This document shows, one piece after another, positions 1 through 7,962 of a stretch of 64,000 nucleotides of DNA. The position numbers and the translations under genes are program-made. The DNA comes from a virus. The stretch lies in the IMG/VR virus record IMGVR_UViG_3300013099_000018, positions 1 to 64,000 of that record, one strand, 5' to 3'. Positions within the stretch are counted from its first letter, which is position 1, and every line of letters begins with the position of its first letter. The notes beneath the pieces were generated by a model that was given only the letters and a program-made list of their open reading frames with translations, made no database searches and had not been told where the DNA came from.

Positions 1-228
1 GTTTTCTACTATTAGCGTTGTTCCCTTCTCTTCGAATAGCGTTTCAGTGCTACCATCGCCAAAACATAGCTTAGCAGTAGTTTTGTAAACACCTTCGCTA
101 AGCTTAGTAAACTTATTCCATCCGTTATTGACATCTGCTTGATAAATATCTTCAAACGTATACGGTTGACCGTCTTTTGTTCCGACAATCGTAATCGTGT
201 TAGTATCTGGATTATACGTGATTGGCAT
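1..228 (-). CDS. 5' part of a probable virion structural or adhesion protein, truncated at the window edge
   Basis: Not in the ORF track. AGGTGA SD then ATG at 228; frame MPITYNPDTNTITIVGKDGQPYTFEDIYQADVNNGW... stays open to position 1; follows 239..514 in the same operon. Confidence 0.7.
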   Translation of the reverse strand, partial: MPITYNPDTNTITIVGTKDGQPYTFEDIYQADVNNGWNKFTKLSEGVYKTTAKLCFGDGSTETLFEEKGTTLIVEN

Positions 229-238
229 AGCGAATCAC

Positions 239-514
239 CTACAGTGGATATGTTTCTGGTATTTTTTCACATTCATCGAGTTCTATCTCGATGTTTATAT
301 CCGAGATATCGATTGTATCTCTCTCGTATTTTTCCAGATGTTCTGGAATCTCTAAACCTTGTAGTTTAAGCATCGCAACGTATAATATCTTGAATTTCTC
401 TGGAACTCGATTCCAATCGAGTTGATACCACTCTCCATTGTAATCGAAGATTACCTCTAACCCTTCTACGCTTTGATTTACGTGAATCCGATTAAACGGA
501 ATCTTAACCTTCAC
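239..514 (-). CDS. hypothetical protein, structural operon
   Basis: 91 aa ORF whose start overlaps the stop of the upstream ORF (GTGA). Confidence 0.65.
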   Translation of the reverse strand: MKVKIPFNRIHVNQSVEGLEVIFDYNGEWYQLDWNRVPEKFKILYVAMLKLQGLEIPEHLEKYERDTIDISDINIEIELDECEKIPETYPL

Positions 515-1092
515 ACTCTCACCTCATCTACTGATATTAAGTTACCCTTCTCATCGTAACTTAAGTTAATTGTCTTTACATCACCAGTTATCTTATCTGT
601 TACGATTATCTTAACGATATTTCCAGATTCATCGTATTCGAATTCGAATTTTAGAGGGTCTTGATAAATTTCTGGAGCTTTAAGCGTTTTAGCTTCCTCT
701 AACGCTTCTTTAAATTTCTCAACTAACATTTTGAACACCTCTAATCCGAATAATTTTCCAATATCGTATAAGATTTTATCATCGCAACCATATAACCAGT
801 ATTTAACTGCCACAGCTTCAGCTTCCAGTTCTCTTGCCTTTCCAGAGTAAGTTTGACAAATTCTCCATAGTTCTTGTGCATAGGCTTTGTAAGCCAATCT
901 GTATGAGCCAAAGATACCATTCTCATCGAGGATTTTGGCGACATGTTCATATAAACTGTCTAAGCTATCATAAGCTCTTGCGATGAGTTTAGCCATTTTC
1001 TTGTGCTTTCTTGAGAGTTTGGGGAATAGTATTTCATCCCTTGTTGCAAGTTCCCAATTTTGAGAATGTTCACCTACTTGTTTTCTTGGCAT
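511..1092 (-). CDS. minor capsid protein: SIRV2-type MCP-fold N-domain plus C-terminal YD-like beta domain
   Basis: VAKILDENGIFGSYRLAYKAYAQEL matches VRDILDENGIFGNFRIPYLNLARAL of the MCP; C-terminal YDESGNIVKI/YDEKGNLISV. Start moved to ATG 1092 on an AAGGTG SD (track start 1122). Confidence 0.75.
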   Translation of the reverse strand: MPRKQVGEHSQNWELATRDEILFPKLSRKHKKMAKLIARAYDSLDSLYEHVAKILDENGIFGSYRLAYKAYAQELWRICQTYSGKARELEAEAVAVKYWLYGCDDKILYDIGKLFGLEVFKMLVEKFKEALEEAKTLKAPEIYQDPLKFEFEYDESGNIVKIIVTDKITGDVKTINLSYDEKGNLISVDEVRV

Positions 1093-1096
1093 AGTA

Positions 1097-1753
1097 TTAC
1101 ACCTTAAACCAATTTTTACCATCAGACATCAAGTGAACACTCTCATATTGTTCGGTAAGAGCGAGGTAAACTTGGTCTTCCACATGGCTTGGGTCTCTTG
1201 GCAAAATCCATACTACATTATCTGAAGAGTCTATCTTTTTCACATAGATTTCCGCTCCGTTGGAAGCTTCAGGTAGCGTTATCCTTATTTCTTGTTCTGA
1301 TGCATCTGCAAGAATGCAATCCCTATCATCAGCTTCATAGTCTTGGGTAACCGTTTTAACATTGAATTTCGGAGTTGTGAAAGTTAGCATTCCACCTACA
1401 GGGATGTTCATCTTACGTGCCACCTCTACTAATACATCCCAATCGCAACCATATATAGTAAACGCTACCGTGAGAGCGAAAGCTACAACCTCAAGAACTC
1501 TGTCAGAGTAGATTTGCTTGGCTTTGTAGAGTCTTTCAGCATAAGCTCTATAGATAGGTCTGATTGCACCGTGAACCCCGTTTTCGTCGAGAACTTTGGC
1601 TACTTGTTCGTAGAGAGTGTCAAAAGCATCGTAGTGCTTTTTGATTAGTTGAGACATCTTCTTATGCTTGGCTCTGAGCTTGGGGAATAGGATTCCATCG
1701 AGCATCGACAAGCTCCAACGCTCCGACCTTTCTCCGATTTCGAGGCGAGGCAT
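1097..1753 (-). CDS. minor capsid protein: SIRV2-type MCP-fold N-domain plus tail-fibre-like beta domain
   Basis: VAKVLDENGVHGAIRPIYRAYAERL; shares ILFPKLxxKHKKM with 511..1092; C-terminal ILADAS...ITLP...YVKKIDSSDNVV motif seen in phage fibre proteins. Start moved to ATG 1753 on a GGTGA SD. Confidence 0.75.
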   Translation of the reverse strand: MPRLEIGERSERWSLSMLDGILFPKLRAKHKKMSQLIKKHYDAFDTLYEQVAKVLDENGVHGAIRPIYRAYAERLYKAKQIYSDRVLEVVAFALTVAFTIYGCDWDVLVEVARKMNIPVGGMLTFTTPKFNVKTVTQDYEADDRDCILADASEQEIRITLPEASNGAEIYVKKIDSSDNVVWILPRDPSHVEDQVYLALTEQYESVHLMSDGKNWFKV

Positions 1754-1757
1754 AAGT

Positions 1758-3020
1758 TCACCATCCTTTTTTCTCAACCTCTTCGAGTTTTTTCATGTGC
1801 TTGTCTCTCTCTTCTACTAATGTTGAAACCCTCTTTAGCCTTTCTTTCCACATTGCGAGTGTTTTTCTCATTTCCCAATCTGGAACTTTCTTGTATGCGT
1901 TTGGCTTGTAACCTTCGACAATATTACCATGGTATGTATCTGCAACTTGGAATAGGTCAAAGATTTCGTGTCCAAGCGTTTGATATGCCCAATTGTCCTT
2001 TCCAACAACCCAATGTGGAAAGTCTGCTTTTAACCTACGATATTGCTCTATTGCTTCTCTATAATCCTTTGGTGGTTTTAGAACTCTCAAGCCTTTAGCC
2101 TTAGCATGTGCTATTTGCTTCTGGATTGCTCCTTGCTTGTAAGGATTGTCTCCTACCACTGTAATAATGGCAATAGGATACTCTTTACTATGTTCAAAAG
2201 CTCCCCATGTGATTGAAGCTAAATCTACTTGATGTTGAGGAATGTAATCAAACAGTATCATAATTTCCTCATCCGTAAAGCCTTTCTTCCGTAGAATTTC
2301 ATATTTCTTAGCTTCTTTATACATGAAAGGTGGTAATCCTTTGAGCTTGGAAATTTCAACAAGCTCTTGTTTAAAAGATGGTGTAAATATGCCATTATTT
2401 TCTATCATTTCCATTTCCAATATCACTTTTGCAAAAGGTAGTTTTGAGCTTGGTGGTAAGAGTCTTATATCAAGGAATCCAAAGATATCATTTTTTTCAG
2501 AGGTCGCAGAGAAACCGCCAAAACCGCCTGAAGTGAATGTTGTATCGGTAGCACTTATTTGAGGACTGGAGGCATCGTCTCTTGTGCTTTTTATAGTGCT
2601 TCCAGATATTGTTAGTTTTAGTTGATGAGTGTAGTTTGACAAGTCCACAGATTCATAAGCAAGAACTGTTCCAGAACCATCAACTATTTTCTGTATCTTA
2701 TGGTCTTTTGTAGTTTCCGCTTGTTTGATGAAAGACTCATACCAATTATTGGCATCTACATACCTTCCCCATAATCCTTGGTCTGCATAAGCTCTAACAG
2801 AGCTATAAACAGCTTTGTCCGCAAAGCTATCAACCGTTCTAACACCATAAGCACTTGGTCTTCCAGCATTACCTTTGTGATGTTCAATCTTAGAGATTGC
2901 TGACAAATAAGTCAGAAAGACATTCTCAGTAGGGTATTCGAGTTTCTCTCTTGTTATGCTTCGGTCTGGATGGTCTATCGGAATTTTTCTTCTATGAGCT
3001 TCCATCACGATTTCAGTCAT
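1758..3020 (-). CDS. probable virion protein with a beta-sandwich (ConA/lectin-like) region
   Basis: 420 aa; LKLTISGSTIKS...ISATDTTFTSGGFG resembles a ConA-like domain end; GGTGA SD. Confidence 0.55.
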   Translation of the reverse strand: MTEIVMEAHRRKIPIDHPDRSITREKLEYPTENVFLTYLSAISKIEHHKGNAGRPSAYGVRTVDSFADKAVYSSVRAYADQGLWGRYVDANNWYESFIKQAETTKDHKIQKIVDGSGTVLAYESVDLSNYTHQLKLTISGSTIKSTRDDASSPQISATDTTFTSGGFGGFSATSEKNDIFGFLDIRLLPPSSKLPFAKVILEMEMIENNGIFTPSFKQELVEISKLKGLPPFMYKEAKKYEILRKKGFTDEEIMILFDYIPQHQVDLASITWGAFEHSKEYPIAIITVVGDNPYKQGAIQKQIAHAKAKGLRVLKPPKDYREAIEQYRRLKADFPHWVVGKDNWAYQTLGHEIFDLFQVADTYHGNIVEGYKPNAYKKVPDWEMRKTLAMWKERLKRVSTLVEERDKHMKKLEEVEKKGW

Positions 3021-3031
3021 GGCTTTTCACC

Positions 3032-3400
3032 TCACACCACTCCAAAGTTCAATTTCACAAAATAGTAGGGATATTTCCTTAAAGTTCCTTTCGTTTGAGT
3101 TAGCTGAACCTTGTATTTAGCATCTCGTTTGATAGTTTTTGAGTGGAATCTTACGATTGGTTCATCTTGCGTATCAGAGAACGTTACGCTTATGAATGTC
3201 CTTTGGCTTGCTCCATCGACAGCTATTAACTCTTCTATGACTACTTCATCTCCTGTTAGCATCTGTGAGAGGTCGATGTATCCTTCCATGATGTATTCGT
3301 CTGGTTGGTCTGGTATATCAACGACTGCTACTGGGTCTCCTAATGCTGTCGGAGTTGCCGTTCCAGCTAATATGTCTTTGCTTTTTATTACTACTGTCAT
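3032..3400 (-). CDS. small beta-rich putative structural protein
   Basis: 122 aa ORF tightly packed in the operon. Confidence 0.6.
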   Translation of the reverse strand: MTVVIKSKDILAGTATPTALGDPVAVVDIPDQPDEYIMEGYIDLSQMLTGDEVVIEELIAVDGASQRTFISVTFSDTQDEPIVRFHSKTIKRDAKYKVQLTQTKGTLRKYPYYFVKLNFGVV

Positions 3401-3407
3401 ATCTACA

Positions 3408-5699
3408 TTAGATATTACTTACAACTTCAATATCTTTTTGCTCTGGAAAGCCATTCTCTTCGATGTCGTCTAAGAGCTTAAGCCATTTCTCTCCTACGAT
3501 GTCCCATGTTGCGTTTTCGAGAACCCATTTTCTCATGTTTCTCCCGTGCTTCTTGGCTCTTTCTGGATACGAGTAGTAATACCAGAGTGCAAAGGCTATA
3601 TCTTCTACGTTAAGCACAGCTTGTCTTGAGGATGTCCTATTCATCCACATGAACGCTACTGGTTTGATTCCTAAGCCTCTTTCCTTGTAGATTACATTTG
3701 CTGTAATCTCGTAGACTTCTTCGCCAAGCAATTCTCCCGTTGCTCCCCAATCCGTAGCTATTGCTGGAGTTTCGCATAAGCCACTCTCTACCAACACAAT
3801 CTCAAATGAGCCTCCTTTTACAGTGTTTACTAAGCAATTAGCCTTGCAATAGAGCTTTCTCATTATTTCAGACGGTAGATAACCATTCGTAACCTTGAAC
3901 ATGACCTTATCCCTTACCTTTATGTTGTATTTATCTTCAATCGCATCTATGATTTCATAGAGGTTATATCCACCGTATTTTATCGGTTCTGTGTTAATGT
4001 AGAGAAATGCATTTGGCTCAACATCTCTTAGGAAGAGAGCGAAAGCCTCTATGATTTCTGGAACATTCTCTCTTATCCCATTGTTATCTACAACTGCTAC
4101 GACAAAGAAATCTATATCATCTGGTATGAAATCCACTTGAGGGTCTTTCTCTGGATAGTAGATGTTTGGGTCAGCACCGTGAGGTATTGGTTCTGTAATC
4201 TTGTGCTTTGGAACATCTCTACTTTGTTCAAGTATCTTTTTACCCCAATTGGTCATCGGAACGAGGAGTTTTACACCTTCGGAACGCATCATCGGTATGT
4301 AACTCCTTTGGACAGGGTCATGGTCTAAGATGCAATTATGAATCAAGACTTTGTTTGCGAAATAGTTTCCTGTTGTTGTGGTAATATCATATACAATCCC
4401 TTCGATGTTTTTCTCACGATATATTTTGATGACCTTCTTGCAGTTTGTAATTTCTTTACCTCTTCCCAAATTCTCAATTCCTCTTCCGTGTATGCATCTT
4501 TGTATTTTTGTTTCATTCTCGATTCCAAGAATTTCAACACCAACTCTGCACGTTTTCTCTTTGTGATTAGATACTTGCGTAACTCTTTCAGAATTGGGTA
4601 AACTTTGTATCCATGAATTTGAATTCTGTATATTGGTCTCTTCGCTTTTGTCCCTTCCCGTTGTCCTTTCCAATGTTTCACATCCAACCATTTGGCAATT
4701 GTCTCTATGGTTTCTTTGTGCGTGTTCACAAATGCTATGTGAGGATTCAATAAGTATCTCGGTTTCCTTTGCTTGTTGTAATGTTTCACCACAGTTATAG
4801 TTATTGTCCCCTCTCCATCCAGAAATCCCGCAAGATAACCCTTTTGCCACTCTTCTAAATTCTGAATTACTTTCTCCATTTTCGCAATAGATTGCTCTAT
4901 TTTCGTTCCTTTGGTTGTAATTAAATCCGACATGCTCTTTACTAAACCCAATCTTGTTGCTTTGCGGATTACTGCTTTCTCCGACCTGTTCAATGCTTTT
5001 GCTATTTGCTCTACAGTCATTTTCGTATAATTTCTCTTTAAGAATTCCACTTCTTGCTCTGTCCATCTCCTCTTCATCAATAGTTATTTTGGTCGATGGT
5101 CTATAAATATGTAACCCAACAACTCTATCACCTACTCTCAAATCTGAGGCTTGCTTCCAACCATCAATCGTATAGATTTCATGGTCTTCCGTGCATTTCA
5201 ATTTAGAACCATCTTCAAACTCTATAACCACTAAATCTTCATCCGTTGGTATAATATGAATTGCTAAGACTTTTGTCCAAACTACTTTGCCAACCTCAAA
5301 ATCAAATCCCAAAACTCTATCCTCTATAGTTAAATCCCTAATCTTTTTGATGCCATTTGGAGTTATGACTTCCGTATCACCTTCAACACACCAATGTATG
5401 ATGTTGGCATCTTGAAGTTTTGCTATTTGCCTTGAGATTACCCATCCGTCAAAGTGTAATATTTGAACATCGTATTCGTTGTATCTTTCGAAGAATACAG
5501 GATGAACTAATGTTCCATTTCCACCTATGATTTTAACTTGCCTATCTTCAATCATAAACGGGATTTCTGCACCTTCGTAACCAAAGTAAGAATAGATGTC
5601 CACTTCGTGTTTCTTTGCGAGATGATATGCTAAGTAGCGAGTGCAAACTCCGAAACCAGAGCTTACGAATGGTGCTACTGAATAGTATGCGATTTTCAT
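3408..5699 (-). CDS. GT4 (GT-B) glycosyltransferase precursor with one intein (about 411 aa after splicing)
   Basis: MKIAYYS...SGFG N-terminus, IPHGADP, KGGSFEIVLVES...PAIATDWGATGE motifs; intein from Cys104 (CVEGDT) to IHN, followed by Cys. Confidence 0.9.
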   Translation of the reverse strand: MKIAYYSVAPFVSSGFGVCTRYLAYHLAKKHEVDIYSYFGYEGAEIPFMIEDRQVKIIGGNGTLVHPVFFERYNEYDVQILHFDGWVISRQIAKLQDANIIHWCVEGDTEVITPNGIKKIRDLTIEDRVLGFDFEVGKVVWTKVLAIHIIPTDEDLVVIEFEDGSKLKCTEDHEIYTIDGWKQASDLRVGDRVVGLHIYRPSTKITIDEEEMDRARSGILKEKLYENDCRANSKSIEQVGESSNPQSNKIGFSKEHVGFNYNQRNENRAIYCENGESNSEFRRVAKGLSCGISGWRGDNNYNCGETLQQAKETEILIESSHSICEHAQRNHRDNCQMVGCETLERTTGRDKSEETNIQNSNSWIQSLPNSERVTQVSNHKEKTCRVGVEILGIENETKIQRCIHGRGIENLGRGKEITNCKKVIKIYREKNIEGIVYDITTTTGNYFANKVLIHNCILDHDPVQRSYIPMMRSEGVKLLVPMTNWGKKILEQSRDVPKHKITEPIPHGADPNIYYPEKDPQVDFIPDDIDFFVVAVVDNNGIRENVPEIIEAFALFLRDVEPNAFLYINTEPIKYGGYNLYEIIDAIEDKYNIKVRDKVMFKVTNGYLPSEIMRKLYCKANCLVNTVKGGSFEIVLVESGLCETPAIATDWGATGELLGEEVYEITANVIYKERGLGIKPVAFMWMNRTSSRQAVLNVEDIAFALWYYYSYPERAKKHGRNMRKWVLENATWDIVGEKWLKLLDDIEENGFPEQKDIEVVSNI
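4343..5077 (-). CDS. single-motif LAGLIDADG homing endonuclease with an N-terminal Myb/HTH-like domain, overprinted in the +1 frame of the intein
   Basis: GYLAGFLDGEGTITI motif, FVNT, LRKYLITKRKRAELVLKF; N-terminal RRWTEQEVEFLK...IAKALNRSEKAVIRKA; ATG at 5077 (track TTG 5080). Confidence 0.85.
   Translation of the reverse strand: MKRRWTEQEVEFLKRNYTKMTVEQIAKALNRSEKAVIRKATRLGLVKSMSDLITTKGTKIEQSIAKMEKVIQNLEEWQKGYLAGFLDGEGTITITVVKHYNKQRKPRYLLNPHIAFVNTHKETIETIAKWLDVKHWKGQREGTKAKRPIYRIQIHGYKVYPILKELRKYLITKRKRAELVLKFLESRMKQKYKDAYTEEELRIWEEVKKLQTARRSSKYIVRKTSKGLYMILPQQQETISQTKS
5098..5110 (-). promoter_or_regulatory. putative archaeal TATA box for a leaderless transcript of the nested endonuclease
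   Basis: Minus strand reads ATATTTATAG, then 23 nt, then ATG(5077); similar spacing to TTTATATAA-22 nt-ATG at 52952-52983. Confidence 0.6.
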
Positions 5700-5714
5700 T
5701 TACAACACCTTTAT

Positions 5715-5873
5715 TCAGATTGCTTCTCTACCCAAATCTACGAGCTTGCCTATTTTGTATTCATGTCTGTAAGAATGCCTACACTTAAGACAATGGTAGT
5801 ATTCATCCTCATCTGGTCTTACGTGGCTTTTCCCTAAATAAACCATTTCTACACCACATCTAGGACACAACAT
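5715..5873 (-). CDS. small zinc-ribbon protein (52 aa)
   Basis: Below the track cutoff: MLCPRCGVEM...YHCLKCRHS; GAGGTG SD. Confidence 0.65.
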   Translation of the reverse strand: MLCPRCGVEMVYLGKSHVRPDEDEYYHCLKCRHSYRHEYKIGKLVDLGREAI

Positions 5874-5923
5874 AGTTTAGCACCTCTAACTACCAACTTA
5901 AGCTTAATCCAACAGTGTTTAAC

Positions 5924-6070
5924 TTATAAATCTTTCTTTAACCACTTATACAATGGAGCGATATGCCCACATTCTAAACACATTAGCATGGCGTAACTAC
6001 TGTCGACTCTTCTATATATTTCATATTCTTTACCACAATATGGACATTTAAGGTGAAGCTTACGAATCAT
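5924..6070 (-). CDS. small zinc-ribbon protein (48 aa)
   Basis: Below the track cutoff: MIRKLHLKCPYCGKE...MCLECGH; GAGGT SD. Confidence 0.65.
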   Translation of the reverse strand: MIRKLHLKCPYCGKEYEIYRRVDSSYAMLMCLECGHIAPLYKWLKKDL

Positions 6071-6084
6071 TTAAATCTACCTCA

Positions 6085-7662
6085 TCAGCTTAAACTCAAC
6101 TCAACAGTGAATATCCATGTTGTTCCTTCTGCTTTCGTTCCTAAGCTCTCAACCTTACGATTAAGATTTATTGCATCATCTGAAGCACCATTAGCCACTG
6201 TCCATTCATTCCACGAATTTCCACTCCAGACTGCCTTTCCGTGTCTCCTCACGTAGAGAGTATGATATTCTGGGACTGCTATACCAACTAATAGCCCATC
6301 GTATGGTATCTTCTTTAGCTCTCTTCTCCTTTTGTCATCTCTTTTAACGACAACATATGGTGTCTTGTATCTTCTAACGATTGAAATGACATACTTGGTT
6401 CTGTTGCTGAAGCTCTTTGTGTTGTTAATCGCTTTCCAATCAGCACATAGACCTATCTTCAATGCTAATTCTTGTATTCCGTCTCTAATGTATGGTGATG
6501 TCGTGTAGATTATCGGTGTAACACCATCCTTTAAATGTCCATCTCCTTTTATGAAAGCATCAATGAATGTTTCTATAAGCTCAGGCGTTAGCCACTTGAC
6601 GAAATCTGGTATCTTCTTGTTGTATGCTCTTGTTCCATCTACGTAGCAATATTTCTTGATGAATTGAGCGAGTCTTTTATCGTTTATATATATCATTATA
6701 CCATTATACACTTTTGGAGTAAATCCACACTCCTTGATTGTCTCGATGATGTCATTGTAGATTTCAGGATGCTTGTCCTTATTCTGGCAAATTACTACTG
6801 AATTTTGCATTACGTAGCCTTCGCTCAATATGTATCCTAAGAGCTTTACGAATGGTTCTACTGGTAAATATATAGCATCTTCAAGCCAAGGATGGAACTT
6901 GCTGTGGATTCCTTCTATTACGAACTCTCTTGGTTTCAATCCAGACCATAATCCGTCTTTTTTCATTTCCCATGTTCCCTTCTCAAGCCTTTCTATCTCT
7001 ATGAGGTCAAATCCTTCTCCTCTTCTTCTCCACCAATCGTTTCTAACGTAAACCTTGTGTTCTGGTGAAACCGCTAAGCTAACTCTCTCGTTCTCTATCT
7101 CGTAGATATAACCTCTGTGGTGGAAGATTGTCTTATCTACAACTGGTAGATATGTTATCGCTCCGTTTGGCTTTATGACTGCTACTAAGTCTCCTATATT
7201 AACATCTGCAATCGGTTTCCATCCTTCGATTGTTAGAACCTCATGGTCAGGTGTGTAGCAGAAGTTAGCCTCCGTTCCACCAAAAGTGGCACGAAATACG
7301 GCTTTCTGGTCAGTTCCATATTGTGGATAACCTTCATCCATACCTTTGTAGTATTTGTTAGTTCCTTGTAACCCCGTTTGTGTTGCATCTGCTGGTTGAG
7401 TTCCATCTCCTACACCAATGTGAGCATGGTCATGGTCAAATGGTGTATAACTACCACCACAGACTGCTGTCCAGATAAGGTTTATTCCTTCGTTGAGGAA
7501 AATGTTACCATGTATGACTTTCTCTTCAATGAAATACTTGGCGAACATTCGTTTTAAGACATCTAAAGGCTTACCAATCCTTGCGAATCTCTCTACCAAA
7601 CCTTCAGGGTCTTTGAATTTCGTTATGATGAAGGTGGACTTAACCTTCCCCTTCTCGTTCAT
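6085..7662 (-). CDS. tail-fibre-base-like virion protein precursor with one intein (about 177 aa after splicing)
   Basis: Exteins HIGVGDGTQPADATQTGL...FRATFGGTEANF|SWNEWTV...LNRKVESLGTK resemble phage fibre-attachment proteins. Confidence 0.75.
   Translation of the reverse strand: MNEKGKVKSTFIITKFKDPEGLVERFARIGKPLDVLKRMFAKYFIEEKVIHGNIFLNEGINLIWTAVCGGSYTPFDHDHAHIGVGDGTQPADATQTGLQGTNKYYKGMDEGYPQYGTDQKAVFRATFGGTEANFCYTPDHEVLTIEGWKPIADVNIGDLVAVIKPNGAITYLPVVDKTIFHHRGYIYEIENERVSLAVSPEHKVYVRNDWWRRRGEGFDLIEIERLEKGTWEMKKDGLWSGLKPREFVIEGIHSKFHPWLEDAIYLPVEPFVKLLGYILSEGYVMQNSVVICQNKDKHPEIYNDIIETIKECGFTPKVYNGIMIYINDKRLAQFIKKYCYVDGTRAYNKKIPDFVKWLTPELIETFIDAFIKGDGHLKDGVTPIIYTTSPYIRDGIQELALKIGLCADWKAINNTKSFSNRTKYVISIVRRYKTPYVVVKRDDKRRRELKKIPYDGLLVGIAVPEYHTLYVRRHGKAVWSGNSWNEWTVANGASDDAINLNRKVESLGTKAEGTTWIFTVELSLS
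6217..7260 (-). mobile_element. intein (348 aa) with in-frame two-motif LAGLIDADG endonuclease and atypical SGN C-terminus
   Basis: CYTPDHEVLTIEGWK...VSPEHKV...LLGYILSEG...FIDAFIKGDG...VWSGN/S. Confidence 0.9.
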
Positions 7663-7962
7663 ATATTCAATTATGCATAGGATTATAAAAAATGAATGGT
7701 AACTAGTTGTTCAAAGGTCAGTAACAAAATTACAGTTACTTTTAACACTAAATCATATTTATAATATGTGTTATATAGGTAAACCCTAGAGAGTTTATTT
7801 TCATGAGTGTTACTAATAAAAATAAAATCTTTGTTCTGGTAAATTATTTCGTTGAATAATCTTTAAAAAAGCTGTATATGTCCGTCTAAATTTTCTTCAA
7901 AAAACTATGGTTAAAGTTGAAGAATATTCAACATAGTAGTAGTACGTTTAAATAGGTTAATA

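Larger units (their letters stand above)
4335..5390 (-). mobile_element. intein (352 aa) with Hint splicing blocks and an out-of-frame nested endonuclease gene
   Basis: Block A CVEGDTEVITPNG, block B LKCTEDHEI, block F VYDITTTTGNYFAN, block G LIHN/C. The in-frame middle has no LAGLIDADG motif. Confidence 0.9.

Noticed and set aside
4343-5080. Out-of-frame nuclease explained as a sequencing frameshift or pseudogene
   Set aside because: It would need two compensating indels and would not explain ~220 stop-free codons in the intein frame. The nuclease also has its own ATG, TATA-like box and stop. Read confirmation is still needed.
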